Shown: piece after piece, positions 14,086-26,470 of the stretch | Numbering within the stretch: position 1 is the stretch's first letter | Layout: the number at the start of each line of letters is the position of its first letter | Assembly (NCBI RefSeq): GCF_006345805.1 | Contig: NC_043001.1 | Coordinates: 47,926,001 to 47,990,000 of the forward strand | Length of the DNA stretch: 64,000 bases | Source: Octopus sinensis | Lineage: Eukaryota | Reading direction: 5' to 3' | Notes under the pieces: generated by a model | What the model was told of the DNA's origin: nothing | Seen by the model: only the letters and a program-made list of their open reading frames with translations | Database searches by the model: none | Position numbers and translations under genes: made by a program

Positions 14086-14700
14086 TTGAGTCATACAGGA
14101 ATAACTAAAACACTAAGAAGAAACTTCACGACCTATGCGACTTACGACGACAAAAATAAATAAGCAAATAATCGATTTTAGGACTGTGGACAGCTGTGCG
14201 TACGATAACTATGGCAGCATCTGGCAATGTAAGCCTACCCCTGACCCAGGCATCCACTGCCTGTCACCATCTCCCTCACTCTCTCGCTTTCAAGCATCAG
14301 TTTCGTTTGAACGAAAATAGTGTTGAAAAATATAAATCCGACATACGACCAGAACGCCTTAAGACCTGTCAGTCGGAACGGAACTTGGTCGTAAGTCGAG
14401 GAGAAGGCGTACTTCGATGTGTTTCAGTGAAGTACTTGGTAGATTTCTTCTCTTGGAAACCTTTACGTGATAAGGGAAAGACGGAATCATTCATATTGCC
14501 CGTTCACTAACACTTCTGTGAATACAGTATACTTTGTTATTATTTTTCCTTATTTATCTTAGATTTTCAAAACAAACGATTCAAGCTTCTGAGTCATTTT
14601 ATGTACCTCAGCGACTCTTAGTTTTAAATAATCTGGAAATGTTCTCACGAAATTCTATCTGGTATATGCAGGCATTAAACTAGTTTTCTAGAATTATTTA

Positions 14701-14744
<44 letters not shown>

Positions 14745-15851
14745 AATATATATATATTATATATGTATATATATATATAAAATATATATAGATATAAATA
14801 TATACACATATATACATACATGTATGTATGTAAGTATAAATATGTAAATATATTTAAATTTCTTTCTTTCAATACTACGTGATAGCACAGAAAATAAACA
14901 ATTCACCATTACAATCATCGCGATAACAACGACAACCACGGCAAAGATAAACATCATCTTCCCACCCCGTAACCATCAAAACTACCAACCTTAACAACAG
15001 ATATATATTTTTTTAATCCACGGCACAAACAAATGTAACTATGGTAAGTTGTACAACAATAGTTACACCAGTGACGTAACAACATAGGAGCCTCTCTGCA
15101 GTCACACGATTTGCCAGAAATAACAGCAAAATTTCCCTCAAATTAGACCCTATTACCTCAAAATGAGACTGCGAACCAAATGTCTCCCAACTTACATCAT
15201 ATATTTTTAAAAAGTGAAGAACATGCAAATATTCGTCAAATCAGAACTTATCGCCTTATTAAAAAAAGCCAGATTTCTCTAAATCACAGCCTATCACTTT
15301 GGAAAGGGATAGATAACCAAAATTCTCTTAAAAAGAGACATACAGCCAAATGCTTCCAAACCACGCCCTATTTCACTAAAAGGCGATGATGAACCAAATT
15401 TACTTCAAGCGACATCTTCTTGCCTTAAAAGAGGAAGGAAAGCCAAATTTGCTTCAAATCACATGCTATTGCTTTAAAAGGAGAACGGGGACATTGAACA
15501 ATGCACTCCTAGATACACTACAAGATGAGATGAACACAGCTGAGATGCCTTAGATCATCGGCCTGCTTGACCAGGCCTTAGTCGGAATTTAACAACCGCA
15601 ACAACAGAAACGAAGATAGGAATATATTAGAATCAGTCGTTTTATCTCAAATGCACAACGCAGAGCTGAAACACACACACATACACACACAAACACGCAC
15701 AAACATATACATACACACACACATGAATATATATTCATATATATAGGTATATGTGTATATATATATATAATATTTATTATATATATGTATGTATTCTTGT
15801 AGTGTTTTATATGTTCAGCCTTGAGGCTACGGCCATGCTGGGACACCGTGG

Positions 15852-15893
<42 letters not shown>

Positions 15894-15897
15894 TATA

Positions 15898-16543
15898 TTT
15901 CAACAATTGAGGGTAAAATTAATTAATTAATCAATTTCACCAAGTGTTCAGTATGCAAAGGGACCATTTAAGGCGAATTCAATTATTACTTATTACAAGG
16001 GCTTAGTAAAATAAATTACTTTGCCACATACTGAACTCATTAGAAATAGCAGCTAAAAAAAACTTTTTTAAAACTATTTCTAATACTTAAAGAAAACCTC
16101 TCTCATATAGTGTTTGCTCAACTCAACTCACGCAAATATGGTGGTAGAGACATTAAAAAATCAAGTGCAAAGGTTATTTGAGAACGTACGTTTCAAGATT
16201 AGTCAACACGACACTTCTATCATCAGCTCAGAACTCCCTGGTTTGGATTTGAAAACACTGAAAGTAGGAGCATACCCTTTCGGCCTCCTCTCGCTTCCGA
16301 AGATCTGCTCACAACTAACAGTGCCAACAAACTCAAAAATGCAAGCGAAGAATTTCTGCTCTCCCCTTTCCACCAGCGTGGGTTAAAATCAGCAAACACT
16401 ATGCTTTTTTCGGTAAAATCCGCGGCATTATATAGAGAGATGAATTATAATTTCAACAATTGAGGGTAAAATTAATTAATTAATCAATTTCACCAAGTGT
16501 TCAGTATGCAAAGGGACCATTTAAGGCGAATTCAAATTATTAC
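15898..16543 (-). mobile_element. Non-coding partial-tandem element (553-bp unit plus 92-bp repeat) carrying a hammerhead; Penelope pLTR-like or retrozyme-like
   Basis: 15898-15989 and 16451-16543 are identical except one indel; both flanks are (TA)n; internal hammerhead; no recognisable protein ORF. Confidence 0.6.
16178..16231 (-). ncRNA. Type I hammerhead ribozyme, minimal form
   Basis: UGAG-CUGAUGA-UAGAAGUGUCGUGUUGACUAAUCUU-GAAA-CGUACG-UU/CUCA; palindromic stem III, 4-bp stem I; first stem II pair is U-U and the triplet is GUU. Confidence 0.6.
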
Positions 16544-16552
16544 ATTATTATA

Positions 16553-16638
<86 letters not shown>

Positions 16639-16647
16639 GGATATATA

Positions 16648-16704
<57 letters not shown>

Positions 16705-17295
16705 GTGTGTGTGTGTGTGTGAGTGCATTCTTCACTCTTGTTTGTATCTATGTATACATGCATGTATATATTATGTATTCATGTATGTATATACGTATGT
16801 ATGTTTCTATAAAAAGTTTGAATTGTCTTTCCGTCCATACCAACCACTTCACAAGAGTTATAGAAGCAGTCTTTCTGAAAGACACCCAGCTGTGGAAGAA
16901 TATATTTCTGCAGTAATGATTTCTAGCTTTTGGCACAAGACCAACAATTTTCTAGGAAGATTATCGTTGTTACTGTTGTTGTTGTCGTACCCCTTGTCAT
17001 CGTCGTCTTTGTTCTTTCTGTGGTCGTCTCGTCCTCGTCGTCATTATTGTTCTCGTTTACGTTATTTATCTCTCTGCATCCATCCCCGGTTCAACCCCGA
17101 TCAAGCAGACCAATGATCAAAAGCGTTCCACCTATGAACCTCCTCTTCTTCAGTCCTTCAGCCATATTCTCCAGAATATTACCACCACACACACCATCCT
17201 AGCTAGCTATAGCAGTAGTATTTTCAGTATTGTAGTGGCGGTAGTGATGTAGTTGATGGTAGTAGTGGTGATGGTTTTGACAATTCTGATGGTAA

Positions 17296-17470
17296 TGCGG
17301 CGACCTGGCAGATCTTTAGCATGCCGGATTAAATGCTTACCGGTATTTCGTCCGTCTTTTATCCTTTCGGGGTCTATAAAATAAGTGCCAGTTGAATACT
17401 GATGTCGCTATCATCGACTTACCTCACCTCACCACGAAATTGTTGACCCTGTGCCAAAAGTTGAAACCAA
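17296..17470 (+). mobile_element. SINE family A, internally deleted
   Basis: GCGGCGACCTGGCAGA...GGTATTTCGTCCGTC...TTGAAACCAAT. Confidence 0.75.
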
Positions 17471-17699
17471 TATTGGTACTGGTAGTGGTAGTGATGATGG
17501 CGGAAATGTTGGTGGAAGTGTTTGCGGTAGTTACAGCGGTGGTGGTAGCTAAAAACCAGAGGCTGTTTTCACAGTTTATTAGTGGAGACAATAGTGAAAC
17601 CAGAGTCAAACTTGTCCATGCTAGAACCTTTGCGAAGGGATGCCTTTTGACACCGTCGTTTTTTTTCATACCCCTTCTACACCTGCAAATTCTGTAGCA

Positions 17700-18382
17700 C
17701 TAACTTTCGTCACCAGTGATGACTTCAAAAATAAATCCGGATCAAAAGGGTTCGGATCAACTACCAACTGTTCTTTCAGTTCACGGTACGCATTCAGCCG
17801 TGACTTCTTTTGAGCTCCTGTGAGCAAGCGAGGTACACATTTTGCTGCAACTCTCTTCATTCGCAATGCTTCGCTCAAAATTCATTGGCAGAAACTCCAT
17901 GTGACACCAGTTATATCAAGTTCGTCAATTGTTCGGCGAGGTCCTTCATGATCAGTTCATGAATTTTAAGTTTTTTCATTCGTTCGGGAGGTCGAAGGGC
18001 GCCCTGAACGAGGCTGGTCTTCAAGCGACAAGTGACCATTCTTAAAGCGTGAAAACCAGTGGTAATATTGTGTTTTGCTCATGACAGCACCCTTGCAAGC
18101 TGTTTGAAGCATGAAAACTGTTTGGACCAGCGTTTCCCCAGCAGAAAACAGAATTTCACGGAAGCACGCGATTTCTTTGTTTCAGCCATCGCAAAAATCA
18201 CCGAATAGGGGAGAAGCACTGAAAAAGAAAGACACACCAATAGCAGTACGAACTGATGGATGACGCCGTTCTGCAGACTGATGCCTGAGGGTGGCATTAA
18301 GTGGTTTCTAGCGGCGGAATCCTGAACTGCAACGGACTTGTCCCACAGAGAACGTTTCTGGTTACTTAAGGGTACCTCCTCG
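17700..18382 (-). mobile_element. Mariner transposon 5' half, decayed
   Basis: TIR TA|CGAGGAGGTACCC; MAETKKSRASVKFCFLLGK, MKRVAAKCVPRLLT...DPDLF. Confidence 0.8.
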
Positions 18383-18391
18383 TATGCATAC

Positions 18392-18474
<83 letters not shown>

Positions 18475-18612
18475 CGCGTGTGTGTGTAATATTCTATCTA
18501 TGCTGTAAACATATATGTCTGTGTGTATTGATGTGTTTACTGCATAGATATAGATATAGATATATAGATATAGATATATAGATAAAGATAGATAGATAGA
18601 TAGATAGATATA

Positions 18613-19878
18613 CAGTGTGTGATGGGTAAACTGTCACCATTTTATATTAATTTCGCGTATGCGCATTGTTTGTTTTTGATTTTGTCGACTACACAGTATC
18701 GTAGAGTCAGTTGGGTACCGTCTGTGAGAAAAAAAAGCACCATGACGCAATTCACTCTGCAAGAAAATTGGAAACAACATGCTGTACTGCTTGGCATTCG
18801 CGCCGGAAGCTCCAATACGAACATTTCAGAGTGTTTGGGTGTCAATCTGAGGACAGTGCAGAGGATTCGGAAAGAGTTGGATGAGTCTAATAGTGATTAC
18901 GACGGTACGGCAGCTCGGAACAGTCATTGTGGTCGTTCTAATAAGAAAAGAACTGAATTTGTTGGTGAAATCCAGGCCATGATTGATAACGATCCCGCCA
19001 AGGATCGCCAGGGACATGGAAATATCTGTGTTTCTTATCAGGCAGGTAGTGCATGAAGACATTCGGCATTCCTCATACAAGATGAGAAAGGGCCAATTTT
19101 TATTCCATGCCTTCAAGGACAAGAGGTAAGATCGCGCTACGAAGCCTTTGAACAAGTTTCCAACCGAACATGCTTTGGTTTTTCGTAGATGAGAAAAAAT
19201 TCTGCCAGGATCAGATAGTAAACACACAGAACAACTGTTGGCTTGCCGTGTCCCCAAAATATGTACCAGTTAAACATGTACCGATAAAAATCAAACACCC
19301 AGTCAACATCATGCAGTTTGGAATGATCACTAGTGATAGCGACATTATACCTCCATTCATCTTCTCACACAGCCTCACACTCAACATGAAGGCCTACATC
19401 AAGTTCCTGGAGGAGGTAGTGCTGCCTTGGGTGAAGAGGGTGGCTGCTGGAAGACCCTATGTCTGGCAACAGGACTCTGCACTATGCCACACAAGTAAGA
19501 GAACCCAGTCATGGCTGTCAGACAATTTCTGCGACATCACCCCTAACAACTGGCCACCTAACTCTCCAGACTGCAACCCCCTTGATTATTATGTGTGGGG
19601 CGCAGTTGAGTGAGACACCAACAAAACTCCTTGTAACACCAAAGAGGAACTGAAGACAAGGATTATGTCAGCATTCACCAATTTAAACAAGGAGACCATC
19701 CAGAAGAGTTGCATGAGATTCCGAGGTTGTCTGGAGTCCGTGGTTGAAGCCAATTGCGATTTTATTAAATATATTTTCTCTTTAGTATTTCAAGATATTT
19801 CTATGTAATTTTGGTAAATATAGCTGTTAAAATGAGGTATCAGTGTAACTTAGACGACAATTTATTCACCGCACCCTG
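18613..19878 (+). mobile_element. Full-span DD37D (maT-like) transposon, decayed
   Basis: Imperfect TIRs CAGTGTGTGATGGGTAAACTGTC / CAGGGTGCGGTGAATAAATTGTC; FVDEKKF and WQQDSALCH...WPPNSPDCNPLD (36 residues, apparently one deleted codon); frameshifts. Confidence 0.85.
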
Positions 19879-21189
19879 TGTGTATATATATATATATATA
19901 CATATGTATGTATGTATGTAAGTATGTATGTATGTAAGTATGTATGTAAGTATTTATGTAAGTATGTAAGTATGTATGCGTGTGTGTGTGTGTGTACGTG
20001 TGTGTGTACACATGGAAACAAACGTCCGTAGATATATGTGTTCTTGTTTTGTGCTTGTGTATGTGAGAGAGACAGACAGCCGGAGAAAGGGAGAAAGAGA
20101 GAGAGAGAGCCAGCAATAAATACCGCTTTATTGTCGGCCACCTGGGTTACAACAGTAACATATTATATTGACGTAACAAAACAATATATTTTACAAGCGA
20201 ACAAGAACGTTTGACTAAATGCCTTTTGTTTCCTCTCTCTATCCTGAAAAGTGGATATCCTGCTGGGGTAGACTTGATCTTCCGTTTTCTACAGTCTATA
20301 AAATACATGGATCACTAATGTATCATATTTGATTTAATTGATTGTTTCTATTTATTTAAAGGCTCCAAAATATTCTTAATGCACAGCAATTGTTTTTACC
20401 CTCCATTCCAAACTTTCATTACGAGATACACTGATCAAAATTATTCCAGTTGTGTCTTCCTGGTTTTTAGGTAAATATATCATATAGAATGTGTTCTTGA
20501 CCCCTTTCTTTTTCAATTAACAATACGCTATTATGTAATGTGAGGAGATGTGGTTGCTATATCTAAGTCGTAAAATCGTGAAGCGTCACTCTCGGTGGTC
20601 TGTCATAAATCTCATCGTGTTATGCCTTTATGAGAAATGTAAGTGAATTATTCAGAAGAATGACTGATCGCTACGTTCCAAGATTGCATATCGTTATTAG
20701 GGACAGATAATCATGTAAATATTGTATCTTGGTTCAGTATAATGCACTGGCTGTACCTGTCCTCAAGAGGTTTACATACTTGTGTAAATTATTATACATT
20801 GATATATTTCAGCTAATGTACTTACCGACCGGGAGGTACAGAGGTCGAAACGTTGTGAATATAACAACCAAGATGATTACACGAGACTTAATATATCAGT
20901 TATAGACAAAAGCGGAGAAGTAGAGGAACTTGTACAGAGTTAGGAAGGATACCTTACGGTATTAGTATGTGTTCTAATGACAACTCCTGCTAAGATATTG
21001 GTTCCAAGGGGGCCTAGTCAGCGGTCTTTCATTTGGATAAACACTATTGGTGTGCTGGGAGTATTCTTATTTGTATGGATAGTTGTCAGTTTCCCACCAA
21101 AGGATTTTCTCCAGGGCTGCGCATATAGATACGGAGCCAGTGTCACTGTTGATCGATGAAGGTCTCTTATATATAATAAAGATAACCAT

Positions 21190-21361
21190 AGGCGCAGGCG
21201 TGGCTGTGTGGTAAGAAGCTTACTTCCCAACTACATGGTTCCTGATTCAGTTCCACTGTGTGGCACCTTGGGCAAGTGTCTTTTACTGTAGCCTCGGGCC
21301 GACCAAAGCCTTGTGAGTGGATTTCGGGGATTTCGTTGTTGGAAACTGAAAGAGGACTGTC

Positions 21362-21428
<67 letters not shown>

Positions 21429-21668
21429 CGTGTCTATGTATGTATATGTTTGTGTGTGTGTGCCTGTGTTTGCCCCCTCAACTTTTAACAACCGATGTGG
21501 GTGTGTTTACATCCCTCTCACCTGGCAGTAAGACAAAACAAACCGATAGAATAAGTACTATGCTTACAAAGAATAAGTCCTGGGGTCGATTTCTTTGACT
21601 AAAAACTTTTTAAGGCGGTACTCCAGCATGGTCATAGTCAATTGCCTGAAACAGTTAAAAGAATAAAA
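21190..21668 (+). mobile_element. SINE family B
   Basis: AGGCGCAGGCGTGGCTGTGTGGTAAG head and the same tail as 5889-6277. Confidence 0.9.
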
Positions 21669-22329
21669 GTATTTATCTCAGAATTCCAGACACATTTACC
21701 TTGTGTCAATGTTAGAAATAATATTTGTTGTCCTTCTTTTCATACACAGAGTAGATGTTAATAACTGGTAAACGGAAAATGAGAATAACATCAATAACGT
21801 CTCTTTACTTCCTCTGATCTTTCATTGTTCAACATTAGTAGCCTCGATCTCCCCCAGATTTTCGGGTTATAAAAGGCGTATCACGTTGCATCGCAACTAT
21901 AAGGATTCCATGACTTGCTATAAAATTCTTAGCAGACCTCTGAAACATGTCCAGTTTAGCTTTAATAATTGCATAACTGCAACTGTCTTGCGATTAAATG
22001 AATCAGTGAGATAGAGAGCTTCGGATTTTTATTGTAGTTTTAACCGTTTTATATAGATCCGTTATCTGTACGTTCGTTCCTGCATCTGATATATTCAGTA
22101 TAATTTAATGATTCCAAATTATTCATAGCTTTCTTCCTAAATCCATTCATTCTATTTTTGATAGCAGTTTTATTCCATAACTATTTAGATGTTTATGTCC
22201 CTTCATTGTCAATATATCAAATGTTATAATATCATATGTTACAATATATAGAAATTGTCTGAACATATTGTCATTGCAGACAGAATAGTTTCATTTTTAA
22301 ATTCATTTGGCAGATATGGAGGAAGGGAC

Positions 22330-22560
22330 TAACCTACGGCCATCGTAGATTCTCCGAGACCGCTGAGACTGGTGTCCTAAATATATATTTTACTTAAGTT
22401 GCTGCAAGTCAATGACTGTAAGAAGATTTAATCAGGGAGGAATTTCCAGAGGGGTAACAATCTAGGAAGAGAGTACTGAGCGTTGTAGTCCGTGCAGGAC
22501 TTCAGTTCATGTTAAGTGTAACATGTAACATGGGTGTTGAGAAACGGTGAGTAGAGTGCA
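22330..22560 (-). mobile_element. Possible Jockey/CR1-group LINE 3' end
   Basis: HPCYMLHL...GLQRSVL...IVTPLEIPP...VIDLQQLK.NIYL resembles the HP...RT...SF...LWN.LP...DLQ.FK end motif. Confidence 0.4.
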
Positions 22561-22588
22561 GTGAGTGCTTTGAGTGTAACTTCGGAGA

Positions 22589-22726
22589 GATCACTGTGTC
22601 GCGCACATATGATTGTGATGCATCTGCTTGCTGTACCCTTATCAGACGGGTAGTCATGATGGGTGTACTAGTCTTCGTATATTTTACCCCAGTGTCACTT
22701 TGATGACATGCACTGCTCTCTAGTTC

Positions 22727-22727
<1 letters not shown>
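22589..22727 (+). mobile_element. 3' fragment of the (TAA)n-associated repeat
   Basis: Matches 49610-49747 and is followed by (AAT)n. Confidence 0.75.
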
Positions 22728-22806
<79 letters not shown>

Positions 22807-22814
22807 AATTTAAA

Positions 22815-24093
22815 TAATATAAGAATAAATCGATGGAGAAAGAAAGGACAGAAAAATTTAAGGTGGAGTACTTAAGTCGAAATTAAACGGACGGAATAAG
22901 ATTGAAGCCATCAACACCTTGGCGGCTTCACTCCTTAGATATGGAGCAGGGATAATGACATGGACTGTAGACGAAGTAAACAGTTTAGACAGAAAGACAA
23001 GGAAGTTGCTAACTAGATATGGGACGCTCTACTCAAAAAGTGACAAAGACAAACTGTATGTACCAGGAAAAAGAGGGGGAAGAGAACTGATTGGATACGA
23101 ACACAGCATTAGAGCAGAAGAAAACAACATAGCATGGTATGTAAAAAATTCCACAGAACCGCTGTTATTAGAAATAAGGTCAGGTTTGTGTAGGTTGAAA
23201 GATTGCAAAGATAAAGCACTGTGCAAGCAATTAAAAAACGAATGAAATTGAAAATAGGTGGGTAAAGAAAAGAATGCATGGAAAATTTCATAGGGATGTT
23301 GAAGATAAGACAGAGAAAAGAGATGACTGCGGATGACTAAAAGTGATTTAAAACCGGAAACGTAAGCTCCATTCTGTGCTGCCCAAGAGCAAGCACTAAG
23401 AAGAAACAACAAAAATACAGAATAGACAACACATCAGAAAGTGATAAGTGCAGTGTCTGTGGACAAAATGGTGAAACCGTATAGCATATTTCAAGCCAAT
23501 GTACGCCACAAGACGAGACAGAATATAAGAGACGCCACAATAATATAGCAAGGATTGTCCAGTGGACATTTTGCAACAAGTATGGACTTGGCAGAGCAAA
23601 ATCTTGATAAGACTATAAACACGAAGGCATTATCGAAAATGATAATGTAAAGATCCTGTGGGATTTTATAATTCAATGCGACCATGAGATAGAGAATAGG
23701 AAGCCAAACATAGTCTTAATTGAAAAAGAAAACAAACTATGCTGGATCATAGATATAGCATGCCCAGCTGACAAGGTATGCGATAAGGAAGAAAGAAAAG
23801 TCGAGAGATATCACAGGTTAGCTTGGGAGGTTAAGCAGTTGTGGTCGATTAAAATGGTGGTAGCATTACCAATAATTGTTGGAGCCCTGGGAAGAGTGAA
23901 TAAAAATCTTGAGAAGTACATGGAACAAATAGAGTCTGCAATAAGGGTGGAGCACTTGCAGAAAACAGCACTGTTTGGAACCGCTCGAATACTCCAGAAG
24001 GTGCTAGAAAAATAAGAGGTGTTACCTTAGTTCACTGGTAGTGAACAGCTGACACCGTAGTATATCTCCAGCGTTAGAAGCTGTGCAAAGGCA
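22815..24093 (+). mobile_element. R4/Dong-type non-LTR retrotransposon, 5'-truncated (RT thumb, CCHC finger, RLE)
   Basis: LDRKTRKLL, GGRELIG, C..C...ETV.HISSQC...RH, IIDIACP, IIVGALG...LFGTARILQKVL; (TAA)n on both sides. Confidence 0.9.
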
Positions 24094-24099
24094 ATAATA

Positions 24100-24184
<85 letters not shown>

Positions 24185-24187
24185 TAA

Positions 24188-24575
24188 TGGTTTCAAATTT
24201 TTCCACAAGGGTAGCAATTTGGGGGCAGAGGATGAGTCGATTATATCAACTGGTACTTATTTTACCGACCCCGAATGGGTATGAGAAGTAAAGTTGACCT
24301 CGGCTGAATTTGAATTCAGAACGCAGCGACGGGCGAAATACCTATTTCTTTCCTACCCACAATGGGGCTAAATACAGAGGGGACAAACAAAGACAGCAAA
24401 CGGATTAAGTCGATTACATTAACCCCAGTGCGTAACTGGTACTTAATTTATCGACCCCGAAAGGATGAAAGGCAGAGTCGACCTCGGCGAAATTTGAACT
24501 CGGAACGTAACGGCAGACGAAATGCCGCTAAGCATTTCGTTCAGCGTGCTAAGGATTTTGCTAGCTCATCGCCTT
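24188..24575 (-). mobile_element. Two nested or adjacent SINE family A copies
   Basis: GTCGACCTCGGCG-type cores at about 24295 and 24478; flanked by (AAT)n. Confidence 0.8.
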
Positions 24576-24577
24576 TT

Positions 24578-24661
<84 letters not shown>

Positions 24662-24662
<1 letters not shown>

Positions 24663-24965
24663 GTCTTAGACAAAATCATGCCTGTTAATTGATAAGACAG
24701 TGCTTACTGTTAGAAACATCTCAGCAAAAGAATTTGAGAAACTGTTGAAATATTAGCACTTTGAGATTGAATTATCTAGTCGTGGCAACTGAAAACCAAA
24801 ACCTATCCTTTTGTTGTAGGCGACCTGGGAATAATGAAGAATGTTAGTGACAATTTTTTTTTACCAGATCCCTGAGAAACCAATAATCTATGAAACTCAA
24901 AAAATTGTGTTGACGAGAAGTTTCTTTCCATCTAATTTATATGTGCCTTAGGTCTCTGGTTGACA
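24662..24965 (+). mobile_element. R4/Dong-type RLE C-terminal fragment with 3' UTR
   Basis: Decayed IDKTV...P.VVGDLGIMK...LQKIVLT reading; begins immediately after (TAA)n. Confidence 0.6.
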
Positions 24966-25021
24966 CCTGGTCGGAAGATGAAATAAAAGCAAATCAATCG
25001 GAAAATAATAATCATATTATT

Positions 25022-25612
25022 AATGGTTTCAAATATTTCCTCTAGAGCAGAAATTTTGGGGGAGGGGATGAATCGATTACATCAACCCCAATTTTCAACT
25101 GGTGCTCATTTTATCGACCCTGAAAGGATGAAAGGTAAAGACAACACCGGCGGAATTTGATCTCAGAACATAAACAAGATCGAACTACCGCTAAGCATTT
25201 CGTAATAATTATAATAATAGTGGTTTCAAATGTTGCCACAAAGGCAGCAATTTTCGTTTTTTTAGGGGGTGGGGGATGAATCGATTACATCAAAATCAGT
25301 GTTCAACTAGTACTTATTTTATCGCCCTCAAGTCGGATGTAATGCAAAGTTGATCTCGGCGCAGTTTGAACTCAGAACGTCACGACTGGTGAAATACCGC
25401 TAAGCATTTCGTAATAATCATAATACTAACAATTTTTGCTGGAGGCACAAGGCCTGCAATTTGGGGGTAAGGAGATAGTCGATTACAGCGACCCCAGTAC
25501 TTAAATGGTACTTATTTTATCGAGCCGAAAGGATGAAAGGCAAAGTCGACCTCGGCGGAATTTGAACTCATAAAGCAAACACGGACGAAATACAGCTAAG
25601 CATTTCATAATA
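25022..25612 (-). mobile_element. Three head-to-tail SINE family A copies, all lacking the A-box head
   Basis: Each unit stops at GCTAAGCATTTC(G/A)TAATAA. Confidence 0.85.
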
Positions 25613-26104
25613 ACCATAATAATAATAAATGCTGGCACATTTGTATAAGAACTTAAAAGAAAAAAAATCCGTCTGTTTATAAAGTTGAAAATCAGTGCAT
25701 ACCTGTCCAAAGCCACTGCTCTACACCGTAATAAACGGAGGTAAAAACAAATTACATAAAGTAATTAGTGGAACAGTTAAGAAAAGACAGGATGATCATC
25801 ATGGGAACGACAACAGGTAACATTCAAATTGCCCTATCACACACATACACACACACAAACACACACACACACAAACACACACACACACGGATAGCTAATA
25901 TCCTTTTTAGAGAAAGAGCATAGCTTTTAACGACAGGGTTTGAATTTGTAAGCGGCTCTTTATACACTCGACCGAGTCAGTGATGAAGCTTTCAATCAGT
26001 GTTTACAAGAAACGAATGTCATGTAGCATCTCTTCAGAAACATAAAAAAGAAAATCAAAGACGTGAGTAAAAGAAATAGAGATTATGCCAGTGCCGGTGG
26101 TGGT

Positions 26105-26155
26105 GGTGCTGGTGGCGGCGGCGGAGATAGATGATGATGATGATGATGACGATGA

Positions 26156-26189
<34 letters not shown>

Positions 26190-26470
26190 GGTGGTGGTTG
26201 TGGTGGTGGTGGTGGTGGTGGTGGTGGTGATGGTGATGACAGAAGTTACAAGTTAACGACGTCACGACTGACGGGATAATAATGAGGAATATTTTCAAAA
26301 TGACGATAGGAAATAATGACGACGAAGACAAAGATGATGATGATGATGATGATAATGATGATGATGATGATGATGATGATGATCATCATCATCATCATCA
26401 TCATCATCTTTCTTCTTCATTTTCCTTTTCTTCTTCTTCTTCTTCTTCTTCTTCTTCTTCTTCTTCTTTC
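26105..26470. repeat. Compound trinucleotide microsatellite (GAT/GGT/CAT/CTT)
   Basis: Direct inspection. Confidence 0.95.

Noticed and set aside
14196-14510. 104-aa non-repetitive ORF next to the Academ-like remnant
   Set aside because: No recognisable motif or convincing splice context; origin unresolved.
25022-25612. Regularly spaced repeats resembling a CRISPR array (also 39365-40230)
   Set aside because: Units are ~200-bp diverged SINEs in eukaryotic DNA with no unique spacers and no cas genes.
25975-26022. GTGATGA...GAAACGAATGTC hammerhead-like motif
   Set aside because: C3 is missing and neither stem I nor stem II pairs.
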